Shown one piece after another: positions 60,433-64,000 of a stretch of DNA of 64,000 bases; within the stretch, counting starts at the first letter, position 1; each line of letters begins with the position of its first letter. The notes under the pieces were generated by a model, which saw only the letters and a program-made list of their open reading frames with translations, had not been told where the DNA came from and made no database searches. Position numbers and translations under genes: made by a program. Source of the stretch: Paramoeba atlantica (Eukaryota; Protista; Discosea); assembly GCA_977017575.1 (NCBI GenBank), contig CDRNVI010000178.1, forward strand, positions 124,001 through 188,000, in the 5' to 3' direction.

Positions 60433-63400
60433 ATGGAAGATGATTACAGAGTAGTAGATTGGCCAGAGTTTGAACCAAAGAACAAGACATGGAAGGGTGC
60501 ACTTGAGATTAATAAACTCAAAGGTGAATCCACCATTGAATTCATGCTCTGGTGAAAAGAGATGCTCATTCGGCTCAGCACCCAAAATCTCATTCATCAT
60601 CTATTCCTCAATAAAGTTCCTACAGGTGAACCTGTTCTAGTCAAGTTTGAGGAGGAGCTGGAGGAGGTTACAGAAAAAATGGAAGAAGCTGAGAAGAAAA
60701 GAATTTTGGCAGAAAGAAAGGAGTTGGAGGCAAGACACAAAGAGAAATTGGAGTATAAGCAGCAAATTAACCAAAGACGTTTTGATGACCATATGGACAA
60801 TCAAATGAATCTTACAAACTTACTGAATAAGGTGTGTGTTGGTCGAGCAAAGGGGTATCTCAGTGATTTGAAGAGAAGAACACCAAAAATTATTTGGGAC
60901 ACATTGATCTTAAATCTGAGTACTGTAATTGTTCACAATGTAAAGGAAGTGAAAAGTAAGTTAGAGGATTGTTGTATCAGAGAAAATGAGACAATCTCTA
61001 GTTTTGAGTTGAGACTGAAGGAGTTATTTCTTCACGTTGAAGCGTTGAAAGGGAAACTGATACCAATGAACAAGAAATTGGGTTACATAGCTTGTGGATC
61101 ACTGTATGTGCAGAAGGATCGAAGTCCCCAAGCTTTGCTGTTAAAATTTTTGATGAAATTGCTAAGACAAACAAGATGATCCCCAAACAAACTATAAGAA
61201 AGGCTCCCCCCAAAGGTAAAAGAGAAGTGAAACAACCAAAGTTCAAGTACCCTGCCTTGCAAGTGTTTTATGATGGCTCTGGGCATGTAGACCCCCACAT
61301 CGGGGGAGCTGGGTATGTGATTATTAAGGAAGGTTTGGAGGTTAGAGGTGGATTTGAAACAATCCCACTAGGCTCAAATAACTTGGGTGAGTTTTTGGGA
61401 TGCTTAGCTGGTCTACAACAAGTTATTGGCTTTGGGCAACGCGTAGAGATGGTGGGAGATTGTAAAATTCTGACTGAGGCAGCACCTAAGACAAAACCAA
61501 TTGATAACTTTGAGCTCAATGAGATCCTATCTGAGATCAGAAATATTGCTGAGAGTAAATTTACCAAAGTGGAGTACACTTATGTGTATCACGAATTCAA
61601 CAAGAGGTCAGATGCGATTGCAACGGCAGCAAGTCACTCTGAAGAGAATGGGATGGAAGCTGTGTTTGATAGGAACTGGGATCCAAGATTGAAACAACTA
61701 GCAACAACCAGTGAGGAATGGATTATTGAGAATTCCAAGCTGTGGAAGTGGGTGATGGAACCGTTGGATTTGGATTGGAGCTTCCCTGTGAAGAAAGTTC
61801 AGTTTAAGAGGAGGTTTAAGGACAAGGTGATTACAACTAATAATGTTTACTTCCCAGTACAAGCTGCACTGGATGGGGTGATGATTTCTCCTGTGTTCAT
61901 TTCAGATGATATTGTCAAGTGGTTTCCAGAAAGAGCTGCACCTGGAGAGATGTTAGAAAGTTTTGTTGAAAAAGAAAACCGGAAATGGAGAGAGGAGTAT
62001 GAGCAAGCAAGGAACCGTTGGTTGAAGAGTGCAATGAGACCTTCCATTGTAAGGAAGATTATTAGGCCTATTAAGGTTGTTGAGAAGAAAAGAATTTTGA
62101 AAGAGATTCGAATGAGAAATAGAAAGAAACATTAGAGCTTTTGGCCACTAAGTTAGCACTGAAGTGGGTTGATCCTACTTGATTATAACAATTTAATTTA
62201 AGTGTATTCTTGGGTGTCCAGATTACACTTCATTTCAATAAATGGCATCTCTGATGTCTAAAATTAAAAAAAAAAAAGAAATTGGGTTACATTCGAGATT
62301 CCATGCCGCAACAATGTTGGGAAACCTTTCGAGGATTGCTTAGAGTGGGAGAGTGGACAGTGGAGAGTGCTTTCTTAGAGTTAAAAGAAATCAAAGGTAG
62401 TCACTCCAGTGCCAACAAGAAAAACAAGCCTTGAAGACCAAGGAGAACACCGCTGCTTATGTTGCTTTTCGGAAGAAGAATAACCCTGCTGCCAATCCTA
62501 ATCAACAAGGAAATGTTGCCCCTCCTCGCCAAGGAAGACAAGGAAATGGCCCTCCTCACCATAGTCCTCTAATTCCTTCTCCTCAAACATGCAACCAATT
62601 TCAAAATTACCCTGGATGGGAAGATCCTCCCACCCCTCCAGCTAAAGCCTGTTTTCGTTGTAGTGCCACCAGTCACATTGTGAAAGGTTGCAACACAAAC
62701 CCAGCAAACCAAAGTGTTGTGGGATAACAAGCCAAGGTGAATTTCGATGCTTTTGTTCAAAAGATCAACACTTGGAAGATGAAAATGAATAAAATCAATA
62801 TTCCTGTTTACTCCTGTTGTGTTTCTGCTCTCATTTCTTCTTCTCAATCTTCGATTCAATCTGCTTTTGTTGCAAAACAATCAAATGGAGCAACTGCTCT
62901 TGCTGATTCAGCTTGTTCAAATACAATTGCGAATGATCCAAATCTTACAACAAAAAACGCTCCACCCGCAATGACCATAAGCATCAAGCAAGTGAATGGT
63001 GATCTGATTCCTGTTACAATGCAAGGTGACTTGGCAATTCATTCTGATTTGCCGCCTCTTCAAGACGTCTCTGTAGTCCCCAATTGTGAAATGAATCTTC
63101 TCTCTGTGGCTCACATGTGTGAAACTTGGGATGCTTCTGTTGTTTTGGATTCTGACCAAATTTGTGTGATGAAAAAGAAGATCAATTTGAGTGATTCCCA
63201 GACGATTTTGAGTGGTCCACAGAACAATGGCTTGTATTATTTGGCTTTACCCAGTCGAACCAACCATCAACAATCTTATATTGCTGAAGAAGTTACTCAC
63301 CCAAAAAATGAAACCCCTGAGGATGCTTCTTCATCTCAACCTCTCCACAAGAAAAGAATCTGTAGAACCCTCTGTCCGACCCATGAGAAAGAATGGAAAT

Positions 63401-64000
63401 ATTGGCATAATAGACTGTGTCATTTTTCTGGTTTGAAGAGGACTATTAATGCTCATGCGGTTGATGGTTTGCCCCTGCAATATCACAGATTGAGAATGGA
63501 TCAAAATGTTTGTACTGCTTGTGAGTTGGCCAAAGCGAAAAAGAAGAGTCATACCCCTGGTACGAGAACAAAATGAAAACTCAGTGAAATGTTGCACATT
63601 GACAACCATGAAAAAAATATACTTTCTTATCAGAAGAACAAATACTCTCTCTCAGTTGTTGAAGACTACTCCAAGATGGATTTATCTGAATTCCTCAAGA
63701 AAAAGAGTGATGCTGGCGAAGTGCTGATCAATCTGATTGCAAAGCTTCAAAGACAATTGGATGTGAAGGTCAAAATCATTCAATGTGATGGTGCTTGAGA
63801 ATTTGTCGGTCCTGCAACGAAAATTGGACAATATTGCGCTGAAAAAGGAATTCATATCAGATTTTCTAGTAGAGATGATTCTGCTGAAAATAGTGTTGCT
63901 GAATGTGCAAATGAGACTCAATGGAACACTGCTCAAGCAATTCGAATCCATGCTGGATTGCCTGAACAATTTTGGGATTATGCTGAAAAACTTGCAAGTG
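60433..64000 (+). pseudogene. copia gag-protease-integrase, interrupted
   Basis: CFRCSATSHIVKGC knuckle; LHID...VVEDYS...IIQCDGA...ENSVAE...LPEQFWDYA; stops and LINE insert. Confidence 0.9.
61089..62275 (+). mobile_element. 5'-truncated L1-like LINE (RNase H + 3' end) in copia gag
   Basis: 347-aa open frame; poly(A); 17-bp TSD AAGAAATTGGGTTACAT (61072-61088 / 62276-62292); empty site visible in copia copy 1 near 655-675. Confidence 0.97.

Larger units (their letters stand above)
59555..64000 (+). mobile_element. Ty1/copia family A, copy 2 (continues beyond window end)
   Basis: 5' LTR, PBS, gag, protease ADSAC, WHNRLCHF, CTAC, integrase core; carries a LINE insertion. Confidence 0.95.

Noticed and set aside
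62225-62275. SINE 3' tails derived from the RNase H LINE 3' end
   Set aside because: Only AATAAA and poly(A) are shared; no extended homology.

Overview
AT-rich eukaryotic DNA (organism not identifiable from the sequence) made almost entirely of nested, mostly decayed transposable elements. I found no intact host gene, rRNA, true tRNA or CRISPR array. Retroelements: two copies of one Ty1/copia family (1-2192 minus; 59555->64000 plus; 527-bp LTR; half-tRNA-Lys-like PBS); a second copia; several decayed Ty3/gypsy elements; a young 10.7-kb chromodomain gypsy (40336-51029; about 99% identical LTRs, GATT TSD, near-intact pol, no recognisable gag) plus two solo LTRs; three 5'-truncated copies of an L1-like LINE with a C-terminal RNase H; and two tRNA-derived SINE families sharing a central core. 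DNA transposons: two pogo/DDE_1-type elements and a Crypton-type tyrosine-recombinase element with palindromic TATGG junctions. The most notable locus is 55826-59554: a decayed RAG1/Transib-like transposase lies tail-to-tail with a TET/JBP-like 2OG-Fe(II) dioxygenase gene, and a diverged paralogue of that gene sits at about 35920-37248. Repeats show strong CpG decay, suggesting cytosine methylation. All assignments rest on manual translation and motif recall, not database searches.
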